Below, one piece after another: positions 8,312 to 16,339 of a DNA stretch of 26,681 bases. Position 1 is the stretch's first letter. Each line of letters starts with the position of its first letter. The notes beneath the pieces were generated by a model. It was not told the DNA's origin, searched no databases, and was given only the letters and a program-made list of their open reading frames with translations. The DNA comes from a virus. Taxonomy: Duplodnaviria; Caudoviricetes. The stretch is from the IMG/VR virus record IMGVR_UViG_3300005582_000083, positions 1-26,681 of that record. One strand, given 5' to 3'. A program made the translations under genes and the position numbers.

Positions 8312-9691
8312 TTAAATTAATTTATATTTTCTGATTGCCCAAATACCTACCAACCCAACACCGACACCAATAGCAATACCCTTCCAATTGATTTCTGTTG
8401 TTTTACTACCATCGACACCAAGTTTAATTTCTCTTACTGGTGGTGCATCAAAATCATTAGCATCATCTAAACCTCTTATTCCAGTAAAATTAGAAGAATT
8501 TTCTGAGGCTGGTATAACAATTCTTCGATTACCAAATTCAGGGTTTAATCTTGCTTGAACAGAAGTTGCTTTTTGCTTTGATTGTATAGGTCTGTTACTT
8601 TTAATAGCCATTCTTTTGCCATAAGCATTTTTCTTAGCTTTCATTACTTTTTTAAACCTACCTTTTTTAAAATTTTCACTTGGTTTTTTACCATCAGCAT
8701 TTAAAAATTCTCCTTCAAAATTCATATATCGTGAAAGTTCTAATTCCAAATCATTAATTCTATCAGTTGTAGAATTAATCTGTTCTTGTAAAGAATCAGC
8801 ATCATTATAATTATTTACACCAAATGCTTTTGCTTTTGCAACTCTTAATCGGCTAAGTAATTCTTTATTCCATTCAATTTTTGTTGCTTTATCTTGAATT
8901 TTAGTCGGTACTTTAATATCACTTGCATCAGCTAATTCAGAAAATCTATCTTCAGCACCCATTACTCCATCAAAAGCATATTCTTCATCACTTTCTTCTT
9001 CATCATATTCTTCTTCTTGAGATGAATCGCCTTCTTCTTGATAACTTCCACCACCTTCACTTTGATATTCTCCTTCACCTTCACCTTGATAATCTCCTTC
9101 TTCTTGATAACCTCCGCCTTGCTCTTGAGAACTTCCGCCACCTTCTTCTTGATAACTTCCGCCACCACCAGTTTCATATTCACCTTCTCCTTCACCAATT
9201 CCTTCATTTTCTGATTCTCTTGGTTCATCATTTTCATACTGGTCTTGTTGTTGCGTTGTAGTTTCTTCTTGCAATTCATCTTCTAAAGGTTCATCTTCAC
9301 GCCCCATAGCTTCTTTTTCTGCTTTTTTACTTGCTCTAAAATCTTTTCTTCCATATCTACGTTCTAATGCCTCATCTTTCAATTCCCCACGCATTCCTCT
9401 TCGTTCACCTCTTGCAGAAATTTTATCGGCTCTTCTTCCTTGTCTTAATTCTGAACGAGTAGATTTTACTTCATCTCTTGCAGAAACTCTTGCAACCCTT
9501 CTTTCTTTTCGCTTTTCAATTTTATCGGCTTTCTTTTCGCTTTTCTTTTCTCTTCTATCTGCTTTTCTATCGGCTCTACGTTGTCGACCTCTTCCTCTTG
9601 CTTCGGAAAATTCACCAAATGCTTCTTCAAAAGTAGCTACACCTGTTACTGAACTATTATTTCCAAGTTTTATTATTCTTGCGTTTTCCAT
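8312..9691 (-). CDS. Large low-complexity tail-anchored protein (basic block, acidic Gly/Glu repeats, coiled coil, TM)
   Basis: R/K-rich aa ~30-125; (Y/S)QEEGGG repeats; C-terminal TM GIAIGVGVGLVGIWAI. Confidence 0.75.
   Translation of the reverse strand: MENARIIKLGNNSSVTGVATFEEAFGEFSEARGRGRQRRADRKADRREKKSEKKADKIEKRKERRVARVSARDEVKSTRSELRQGRRADKISARGERRGMRGELKDEALERRYGRKDFRASKKAEKEAMGREDEPLEDELQEETTTQQQDQYENDEPRESENEGIGEGEGEYETGGGGSYQEEGGGSSQEQGGGYQEEGDYQGEGEGEYQSEGGGSYQEEGDSSQEEEYDEEESDEEYAFDGVMGAEDRFSELADASDIKVPTKIQDKATKIEWNKELLSRLRVAKAKAFGVNNYNDADSLQEQINSTTDRINDLELELSRYMNFEGEFLNADGKKPSENFKKGRFKKVMKAKKNAYGKRMAIKSNRPIQSKQKATSVQARLNPEFGNRRIVIPASENSSNFTGIRGLDDANDFDAPPVREIKLGVDGSKTTEINWKGIAIGVGVGLVGIWAIRKYKLI
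9020..9200 (-). repeat. Imperfect coding repeats encoding YQEEGGGS/GEGEGEY
   Basis: CCTTCTTCTTGATAAC recurs three times on the plus strand. Confidence 0.75.
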
Positions 9692-9693
9692 AA

Positions 9694-9801
9694 CTATTTA
9701 GATAAATGTTTGTATTTGTAAAAAAACAAAATAGAATATGCAATAGCTATTCCACCGTAAGCAATTAAGATAAATTTATCTTCTTGTGATATATTTTTCA
9801 T
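9694..9801 (-). CDS. Unannotated 35-aa single-TM peptide (MKNISQEDKFILIAYGGIAIAYSILFFYKYKHLSK)
   Basis: Read manually; fills the intergenic gap; stop lies 2 nt before the next ATG. Confidence 0.65.
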   Translation of the reverse strand: MKNISQEDKFILIAYGGIAIAYSILFFYKYKHLSK

Positions 9802-9815
9802 AATTATTTTATTAA

Positions 9816-10289
9816 TTATTTACTTTCTGTAAAAGTAGCTTTTCTGTTTCTATCAACTAAATAAGCTACGCCATATCCAGTTAATGCACCAACACCAATA
9901 AACATAGCCATTTTACCTTTTGCATGACCTTTTTTCTTGGCATACATATATCCACCGATAGCACCAACTAATAATCCAGCAATTTTCAATTTGCTAAATG
10001 TATCACTTGGTACGAAATTTACTCTTGTAGGGCTAACTTGTGAATCAGCACCTAATGTTACTTCTGTTGCTTCCATATTTGGTTTAATTTTATTTAAAAA
10101 AATGAATTGTTTTTTATTAGTTAAAAATAATCTATAAACAAATGGTTTTCCTCTTCGTAAACCACTAATATTTTTTATTTCGCCTTCAACTTCTGTTCCT
10201 TTAGGAATTAAAACTCCTGTTTCTGTAAAATTCCTATGGTCTTTATTAGGAATTAATGTAGTAGCATCTTCTATAATTGTTGCTCTCAT
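9816..10289 (-). CDS. Virion membrane protein: beta N-domain plus two-TM hairpin
   Basis: KGTEVEGEIK vs KGEIVNGELK of 6918..7418; two Gly-rich TMs. Confidence 0.7.
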   Translation of the reverse strand: MRATIIEDATTLIPNKDHRNFTETGVLIPKGTEVEGEIKNISGLRRGKPFVYRLFLTNKKQFIFLNKIKPNMEATEVTLGADSQVSPTRVNFVPSDTFSKLKIAGLLVGAIGGYMYAKKKGHAKGKMAMFIGVGALTGYGVAYLVDRNRKATFTESK

Positions 10290-10796
10290 TTATTTTGTGT
10301 TTTTGGATAAAAAGTAAAATGTTAATCCAATAACTGAAATTACTCCAATTAATCCTATATAATCTTTTGTATTATTAGAATTATTTGTAGTGTTGGAATT
10401 ATCACCATCAAAATTATTCATCATATTGTATGGCGTTTGTAAACAACAACGACATCTACAACGATAAGGATAATTTGGATTTTCACCATCCACAGATGAT
10501 TTATCTTCCGTACTTTTAATATTTGTAGTCTTAATTTCTTCTTTAATTTCTACCTTTGGAGGTAAAAGTTTTGTTATCCAATTTTTATGTGGATGTAATT
10601 CAGCTAATTCTTTTTCTAATTGTACTTTATCAGGTGCTTCAAAATAAAGTTCTGCTAACTTTACTTCTAATTCAGAATAACTTTTAGGGTCAGGTTTCCC
10701 ATATTTTTTCAATAGTTTACGAGCATCACTTGTTGATTCATTAGCCAACAAAGTCATTAAAGTTATATCTTTTTTTATACTTGTATTTTTGCTCAT
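10290..10796 (-). CDS. Tail-anchored membrane protein with CRCRCC cluster
   Basis: C-terminal TM; SSVDG and NNFDG motifs flank the Cys cluster. Confidence 0.7.
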   Translation of the reverse strand: MSKNTSIKKDITLMTLLANESTSDARKLLKKYGKPDPKSYSELEVKLAELYFEAPDKVQLEKELAELHPHKNWITKLLPPKVEIKEEIKTTNIKSTEDKSSVDGENPNYPYRCRCRCCLQTPYNMMNNFDGDNSNTTNNSNNTKDYIGLIGVISVIGLTFYFLSKNTK

Positions 10797-10808
10797 ATAT
10801 TATTTTAA

Positions 10809-10843
10809 GAAAAAGGGTAAGGCGTTTTTTCCTTACCCTTTTC
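10809..10843 (-). terminator. Intrinsic terminator after the candidate major capsid gene
   Basis: Perfect 12-bp inverted repeat AAAAGGGTAAGG/CCTTACCCTTTT with 8-nt loop. Confidence 0.85.
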
Positions 10844-10862
10844 ATATTTATAACCAAAAAAA

Positions 10863-11588
10863 TTACCCTTTAGTAATTCCTCTTACGTCTTGCGTAGTTT
10901 GGATAATTACTGGAGCAACATTCTTTCCACTCAAACGAGGTGCTTTTGCACGATTCATCAATGTACCACCGTTCAATTCAGCCTTACCTGAAATAACCGA
11001 TACAGGGAACATAGAGATAACGATTGTAGCTGACGCTTTAAGTGTAAATTCGATTGATGTATTACCGTCAATAGTAACAGGACGAGTAACATCAATGATG
11101 TCTGCTTGTTGCTGATAAGCATCACGCATGATAGAAAGGTTAAGCGGAGTAATGTACTGCTTACCGTTAGCATCAACGTGGATGATTTGTAACGTCTGTT
11201 GCAACTGAGAAGAAGTTGCAGACTGAAAACGCCATTTACCGATTTTGAAGAACTTATTGTTCGACTGAGCAATCAAACGAGAATAAGTACCACCTTGTAA
11301 GTTGACGATAGTAATACCTGCTGGGTTACCAAAAGTAGCCGAGTTAAAATTATCGTTGTATCCAAATACAACAGCAGTTAAATCACCAAGAGTTGTATTC
11401 TCATAAGAGATTACATAAGGGTCAGATACGGGCATTGAAGCACGTCCACCACTTGCATACGACATAGCATCGTCACCATCAAAATAATCCATAGATTCGT
11501 CATCGAAGTAAGACATATCTCCTTCGTATCCTGACATTTCTTCTGTACCATTGATGTAACCATGCAATTCTTTTTCAATTGAATTCAT
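10863..11588 (-). CDS. Candidate major capsid protein (single jelly-roll-like)
   Basis: Alternating beta-strand pattern; no TM; visibly higher GC with CGT/AAC/TTC/TAC/ATC codons typical of high expression; own 5' leader and terminator; heads the structural module. Confidence 0.6.
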   Translation of the reverse strand: MNSIEKELHGYINGTEEMSGYEGDMSYFDDESMDYFDGDDAMSYASGGRASMPVSDPYVISYENTTLGDLTAVVFGYNDNFNSATFGNPAGITIVNLQGGTYSRLIAQSNNKFFKIGKWRFQSATSSQLQQTLQIIHVDANGKQYITPLNLSIMRDAYQQQADIIDVTRPVTIDGNTSIEFTLKASATIVISMFPVSVISGKAELNGGTLMNRAKAPRLSGKNVAPVIIQTTQDVRGITKG

Positions 11589-11767
11589 TTTGTTTAGATT
11601 AAAAGTTTAACAATTAGTTTATTTAAAATTTTTGATTATGTACGGTTTGACACCATTTTTTTAAATTATTCCTAACAATAACACACCATCTATAAAAGAT
11701 GTAGTCTTGGTTTGATTATTTAAACAGAGGCAAAATCACCCCCTTTTACGATATATTGCTTTGAAAC

Positions 11768-11794
11768 AAAAAAAAAGCCCAGTTATTAGGCTTT
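11768..11794 (-). terminator. Intrinsic terminator
   Basis: Minus strand AAAGCCTA-ATAAC-TGGGCTTT followed by a T-run. Confidence 0.75.
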
Positions 11795-11896
11795 CTTAGT
11801 AAGTTTTGGAGCAACATAAAGTTGGTGAACCGCTAAACCAACCATAACAGCTAAAAGCGTAATCACGAATTTTTTTCCATTTTCTTTATTAAGCAT
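11786..11896 (-). CDS. Unannotated 36-aa single-TM peptide (MLNKENGKKFVITLLAVMVGLAVHQLYVAPKLTKKA)
   Basis: Read manually; flanked by a TAATTTTG promoter box and a terminator. Confidence 0.7.
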   Translation of the reverse strand: MLNKENGKKFVITLLAVMVGLAVHQLYVAPKLTKKA

Positions 11897-11929
11897 ATCA
11901 ATATTTATTTAATTATTAATGAATAGCAA

Positions 11930-11937
11930 CAAAATTA
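11930..11937 (-). promoter_or_regulatory. Bacteroidota sigma-A -7 element (TAATTTTG)
   Basis: Matches TAnnTTTG, 34 nt upstream of the ATG at 11896. Confidence 0.55.
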
Positions 11938-12030
11938 ATTGAAATACTAAACTTAGCTTATTAAATGAATGATACGTTTTTACAAATACAATATAATTGA
12001 TTGTGGTTTAACTTTATAGGTGTTTCATAT

Positions 12031-12219
12031 TTAATTACAATTGTCTTGTAATTTGTTTTTATCGTTGATTTGTGAATCAATAATAAAACTATAAAATTCT
12101 GTAAGCAAGTATTTTAATTCAGGTTGTCTTAAATAATCTTCTTTATAAATAATTAATGCAGTATGATTAAGATTAATTCCTTGTTCTTTTAAAAATTCTT
12201 CTATTAATTTTTCTTTCAT
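12031..12219 (-). CDS. Hypothetical protein
   Basis: ORF in operon context. Confidence 0.6.
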   Translation of the reverse strand: MKEKLIEEFLKEQGINLNHTALIIYKEDYLRQPELKYLLTEFYSFIIDSQINDKNKLQDNCN

Positions 12220-12229
12220 TTAAAATAAT

Positions 12230-12439
12230 TTAATCTATTAAATCGTCTGCATAAGCACCTTCGTTATCTTCATTCAGGAATAATCCTTCTCCCTCTTCTT
12301 TCGGCTTTAATATTTCTTTTCTGCCATCTTTCCAATGTTTAATAATGTTTCCATTTTCATCTCTATATACCAAAGGCAATCCAACATCCCAAGTATTCAT
12401 TAGTATGAATTTATCTTCGTATGGTTTTCCTTCTTGCAT
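12230..12439 (-). CDS. Hypothetical protein
   Basis: ORF in operon context. Confidence 0.6.
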   Translation of the reverse strand: MQEGKPYEDKFILMNTWDVGLPLVYRDENGNIIKHWKDGRKEILKPKEEGEGLFLNEDNEGAYADDLID

Positions 12440-12440
12440 T

Positions 12441-12644
12441 TTAATTAATGTTTAGAATAATAGTTTTACTATTACTATCAAATTCTTTTATCATCTCTTC
12501 AATTTGCATTTCTTTACCTTCAAAATTTTTTAATATAAACGTATCTTTAATTAATGAAAATTTTATTTCTAATTTTAGTAAGTGATTACAAACATCAATA
12601 TTATCTGCATCAATGTTTTTAATGTATAATCTTTTTTTTGCCAT
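12441..12644 (-). CDS. Hypothetical protein
   Basis: ORF in operon context. Confidence 0.55.
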   Translation of the reverse strand: MAKKRLYIKNIDADNIDVCNHLLKLEIKFSLIKDTFILKNFEGKEMQIEEMIKEFDSNSKTIILNIN

Positions 12645-13059
12645 TTTTATTTAATTTTAATCCAACTAATTGTGATGATTTAATAATCTTTTCAAGATTT
12701 TTTATGGTTATTATAACATTCTGATACCAATCTTTTTTTACTTTATAATCTACTGGTGTAAAAATAGTATATTTTGAAAATGCGTTTTCAAATAACCATT
12801 GCTTCTTTTCTTCTTCTGTTTTTTCTCCTTTATCAATATACCATAAAATTCTTGCTTTATTTCCATTTCTCTTTAATGACATTTGATGCTGAATTTCCTT
12901 ATTCATAGCATCTATCTTTGGCTTATCCTCCTCAATACCATAAACCAATATTTCAAGCAAAACCATTGGTACATTGCTTTCGTTTACTCTTACTGTGCCA
13001 TCCGTAATAGCTTCTTGGAGTGTTTTAGATTTTACTTCACTTGTTTTTAAAATTTCCAT
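12619..13059 (-). CDS. Degenerate GT2 (GT-A) N-terminal-like protein
   Basis: LLEILV...IL..IDKGEKT..EKKQWLFENA.SKY..F resembles a GT2 nucleotide-binding half, but the DxD is absent. Confidence 0.4.
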   Translation of the reverse strand: MEILKTSEVKSKTLQEAITDGTVRVNESNVPMVLLEILVYGIEEDKPKIDAMNKEIQHQMSLKRNGNKARILWYIDKGEKTEEEKKQWLFENAFSKYTIFTPVDYKVKKDWYQNVIITIKNLEKIIKSSQLVGLKLNKNGKKKIIH

Positions 13060-13807
13060 CTTTATAAAAATTATTTGTTTTTAACATATTGTTTAGATTA
13101 TTCTTAAAATCATTTAAACTTTCTTGACTTATCAATTCTTTTTTTGAATCATGCTTAAATCCTAATACTTTATAAGCAGTTAAATTTTGAAGGTAATAAT
13201 TTTGGTTTGTTGTTGATAGACTTCTATAAAGATAATCATCTATTATCAAATTATCATTTAAGCCTTCATCAAAATATCCGATTTTTTTAACCAATTCATT
13301 GTTAAAATAAATAATTGATTTATCATTTATAATCATTGATTCTGCATCCCAAAGCATCTTTAACGAATCATCTTTACATAAATATGGTCTTAATTTTTTT
13401 CCATTATTATCGCATTTTATCATTGCTATACCTGAATCCATAATGTTTGTATAATTATACTTCAAATCTAATATATAGTCGATTGGTACTAATGTATTTG
13501 TGTTTATTATGCAGAAATAACCATCAACTGATTCTCTTAAAAAAGAATTATAAATTTCAGCATTATTTAATTTTTTTATAAACTGTTTAAACACAATATT
13601 AGCGTTAATTTTTTTCTCTTTAATTTTGTCAATTAAATTATTTAAGTATTCATTAACAGAATCATCCAAATATTCATTTGAATAAATATACAATTGGTAA
13701 TTCATTCCTACTGGAGTATTCAACAATATTGTTTCCAAAACATATTGTATTTTGAATAAATTATTTTCAATTATTACACAAATATTTGTATCAACTGATT
13801 GGCTCAT
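13037..13807 (-). CDS. GT2-like glycosyltransferase, possibly inactive
   Basis: ICVII start, YFCIINTN at the DxD position, KKIGYFDE...DDYLYR C-terminal GT2 motif. Confidence 0.6.
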   Translation of the reverse strand: MSQSVDTNICVIIENNLFKIQYVLETILLNTPVGMNYQLYIYSNEYLDDSVNEYLNNLIDKIKEKKINANIVFKQFIKKLNNAEIYNSFLRESVDGYFCIINTNTLVPIDYILDLKYNYTNIMDSGIAMIKCDNNGKKLRPYLCKDDSLKMLWDAESMIINDKSIIYFNNELVKKIGYFDEGLNDNLIIDDYLYRSLSTTNQNYYLQNLTAYKVLGFKHDSKKELISQESLNDFKNNLNNMLKTNNFYKDGNFKNK

Positions 13808-14090
13808 GTTTTAGTTCTTCTAATTCGTTAAAATATACATTAAATGAATCATTTATTAAATTTCTTTTCTCTTTTATTATTTCGGTCAATTTATTTATTT
13901 CTATCTTAGTCTTAATTTCTGTTATTTTGTTTTCATTAATTTCGTATTCCGATTTAATGATTTTATCATTGTTCATTAATTTCAATCGTAAATAAAGAGA
14001 ATCTAATAACAGGCAAAGATTAGAGTATTCTTCCAAATAAATATGAATATTAATATTTAAAACAGAATTATTTAATACTATGCCATTCAT
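13791..14090 (-). CDS. Hypothetical coiled-coil protein
   Basis: ORF in operon context. Confidence 0.55.
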   Translation of the reverse strand: MNGIVLNNSVLNINIHIYLEEYSNLCLLLDSLYLRLKLMNNDKIIKSEYEINENKITEIKTKIEINKLTEIIKEKRNLINDSFNVYFNELEELKHEPIS

Positions 14091-14318
14091 TTATTTTTTC
14101 TTTATAAGATAACTTATTGAATATGGTATTGTAAGTGGCATCATTATAAAAACAATAATGAAGTCAATTAATGTAAGATAAAAATAGTGCTTTTTGATTA
14201 AAAATAATGCAACATCTTTCAATATAGTTTGCTTATCCTTTCTCAAAGAAATTAAGAACAAAGCTAATATATTCAAATCAGCCCAAATTATTAATATATT
14301 AAATAACAAATTAATCAT
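14091..14318 (-). CDS. Small two-TM membrane protein coupled to the ATPase gene
   Basis: Two hydrophobic segments; 4-nt overlap with the ATPase stop. Confidence 0.6.
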   Translation of the reverse strand: MINLLFNILIIWADLNILALFLISLRKDKQTILKDVALFLIKKHYFYLTLIDFIIVFIMMPLTIPYSISYLIKKK

Positions 14319-15163
14319 TTTGTATTACCGTAATATTGATTAAAATATAATAATGATTGCCCTTCTATTGCTTCTTCTGTACTTACATTATTCATCTCCT
14401 TAAATTCACGCAAATATTTTTTATTAGCATTTAGGTATTGTCTACAAGCATCCAAAAATTCTTTTTTCGTAAATTTTCCTTCTACTTTGTTTGCGAAACT
14501 ATGTATATATATAAAGAATCTTTTATCACCATTAAAATATCTATTATTTACAATTAACTGGCAAATTTTCATTAAAGTAGGATTACTTACCTTCCCTTTA
14601 ATATCATTTACATTATCTGCTTGATAGTGCATACGAATCCACCTTGCATTTTGCCAAACTCTCGGTTCTACTGGTCTTAATGACTGATAAGAAATTAATA
14701 CATCTACTGCTCTGTGTCTTAAATTAACGATACCACCTACAATCTCCTCCATGTGTGTCATAGATAAAATATAGGTGTTTATATCCTCAATAACAAGCAT
14801 ACCATTTCGGTACTCTTTTAGCAAATATTCAAGGATTACTTTTTTATCTTTAATTGATACATCTTTAGCATCTATTCTTCGGCACTCAGTTGTTGGGCTT
14901 CTGCTCCATTCTGCAACATCTTTAACTGATATTCTTTTGGGGTCAAAATTTTCAATATCGTTTTTTTGAAATTGCTCTTTGGTGTATTCTCCATTAGTAT
15001 CTATAATTAAACACTTTCTTCCTCTTACTTTATTATATATTTTATCCTTGACATAATCACGAATAACATACATATTTTGATAAGTCTTTCCTACACCTTG
15101 AATGCCTGTGCAGACCATCATTCCTGCCTCTCTTTGGGCTTTACTTTTTACTTTTGTATCCAT
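14315..15163 (-). CDS. A32/P9-like genome packaging ATPase (FtsK-HerA superfamily)
   Basis: Walker A GIQGVGKT, Walker B MLVIED, LRHRAVDVLISYQ (RH...Q) motif; about 280 aa; no nuclease domain. Confidence 0.8.
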   Translation of the reverse strand: MDTKVKSKAQREAGMMVCTGIQGVGKTYQNMYVIRDYVKDKIYNKVRGRKCLIIDTNGEYTKEQFQKNDIENFDPKRISVKDVAEWSRSPTTECRRIDAKDVSIKDKKVILEYLLKEYRNGMLVIEDINTYILSMTHMEEIVGGIVNLRHRAVDVLISYQSLRPVEPRVWQNARWIRMHYQADNVNDIKGKVSNPTLMKICQLIVNNRYFNGDKRFFIYIHSFANKVEGKFTKKEFLDACRQYLNANKKYLREFKEMNNVSTEEAIEGQSLLYFNQYYGNTK

Positions 15164-15167
15164 AAAT

Positions 15168-16334
15168 TTATTCTGTAGTTGGTATTGGACTATTAATTAT
15201 TGTTTCTTGTTCTTGTGCAATTTCCATTGGTTGTTCTTCAATTTTATCTTCATTTTCAAAAACACTAACTGGCTCTTCTTGTTTAATTGGTTCTTTTTCG
15301 TATTTACTCAAAACATCTTCTATATTTTGCTTTTTAGCACTATTATCACCAATACTTGTTGCACCAGTTTCTTTCATCAATCTTAATTGATTCAATACTC
15401 CTTTACTTTGTGCTTTTAAAGTCATTAATGCTATTGCTTGTCCACCAAAAATTTTAAGTGCAATTAACATTAGTTCTTGCATTGGAGTTGGTGCTATTCC
15501 TTTTTCCATCATAACCTCTGCTAAAGCATCTGAAAGGTCATCTTTTTCTTCTTGGTCAATTTTAGCAAGTTGTTCTGCCTGAATACATAATCCACCAAAA
15601 AATTCTTTTACGGTAATTTGTTGCCCTTCATCTAAAGTTAGCATTAAATCTAAATCCATTTCACCATTTAATTCATACTCTGCTAATTTTGATGCGTTAA
15701 TATCCTTATTGGCAAACCATACAAATCCTTTCTCGGATAACATACAAACTGCTTCTACTATATATTTTGCAAACTTTTTTGTATTTCTCTTTTTCTTCGC
15801 ACCTGTCATGTCATCAAAATTCGGATTCAAAGGTTCTTGATGTGGTTTTTCCTTTTTTTCTTTTCTTTCCGTACTTGATGTTGATTTAGTGCCTTTATCA
15901 GAATTGTCATCACCAGTTGGTATGTCAAAAGCATCTTTAAAAGTATGTGGTTCGTCAAATGAAGTATTTCCTGTAGATTTTGAATCACTATCATCAGCGA
16001 AACCTTTATCCGTTACATAATCACGAACAGTTGGTTCTTCTCTATTAAATGGGTCAATAAACTGTCTGTTTTCATCTATATCTACTTCTACTTCTTCAAA
16101 AGTGTCATTTTTATTTACTTCTGATTTATTAGAATAATCGTTTTTCGTTTCTTCAAAATCAATATCTTCTACACAATATTTTGAATGTAATCTTTTTAAT
16201 TCTTCATAGTTATTTGCAGGTTCAATTTCATTTACTAAGTTAGGGTTTTCTGATATTTTTTTATTCAAATCCGCAACTAACTTTGTTTCTTTATAGTTCT
16301 TTGCTCCTCTTTTGTTGTAAATCTTTTTGCTCAT
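15168..16334 (-). CDS. Acidic hypothetical protein upstream of the ATPase (packaging accessory candidate)
   Basis: Long ORF; low-complexity termini; hydrophobic segment LMLIALKIFGGQAIALMTL. Confidence 0.6.
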   Translation of the reverse strand: MSKKIYNKRGAKNYKETKLVADLNKKISENPNLVNEIEPANNYEELKRLHSKYCVEDIDFEETKNDYSNKSEVNKNDTFEEVEVDIDENRQFIDPFNREEPTVRDYVTDKGFADDSDSKSTGNTSFDEPHTFKDAFDIPTGDDNSDKGTKSTSSTERKEKKEKPHQEPLNPNFDDMTGAKKKRNTKKFAKYIVEAVCMLSEKGFVWFANKDINASKLAEYELNGEMDLDLMLTLDEGQQITVKEFFGGLCIQAEQLAKIDQEEKDDLSDALAEVMMEKGIAPTPMQELMLIALKIFGGQAIALMTLKAQSKGVLNQLRLMKETGATSIGDNSAKKQNIEDVLSKYEKEPIKQEEPVSVFENEDKIEEQPMEIAQEQETIINSPIPTTE

Positions 16335-16339
16335 ATTTT

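Noticed and set aside
8962-9279. Alternative-frame K/V-rich ORF
   Set aside because: By-product of the GAA-rich repeat inside 8312..9691
10973-11272. Nested minus-strand ORF in the capsid candidate
   Set aside because: Alternative frame with no independent support
14315-15163. Terminase large subunit or Zot-type inovirus ATPase
   Set aside because: No nuclease domain and no TM segment; the motifs fit A32/FtsK-HerA
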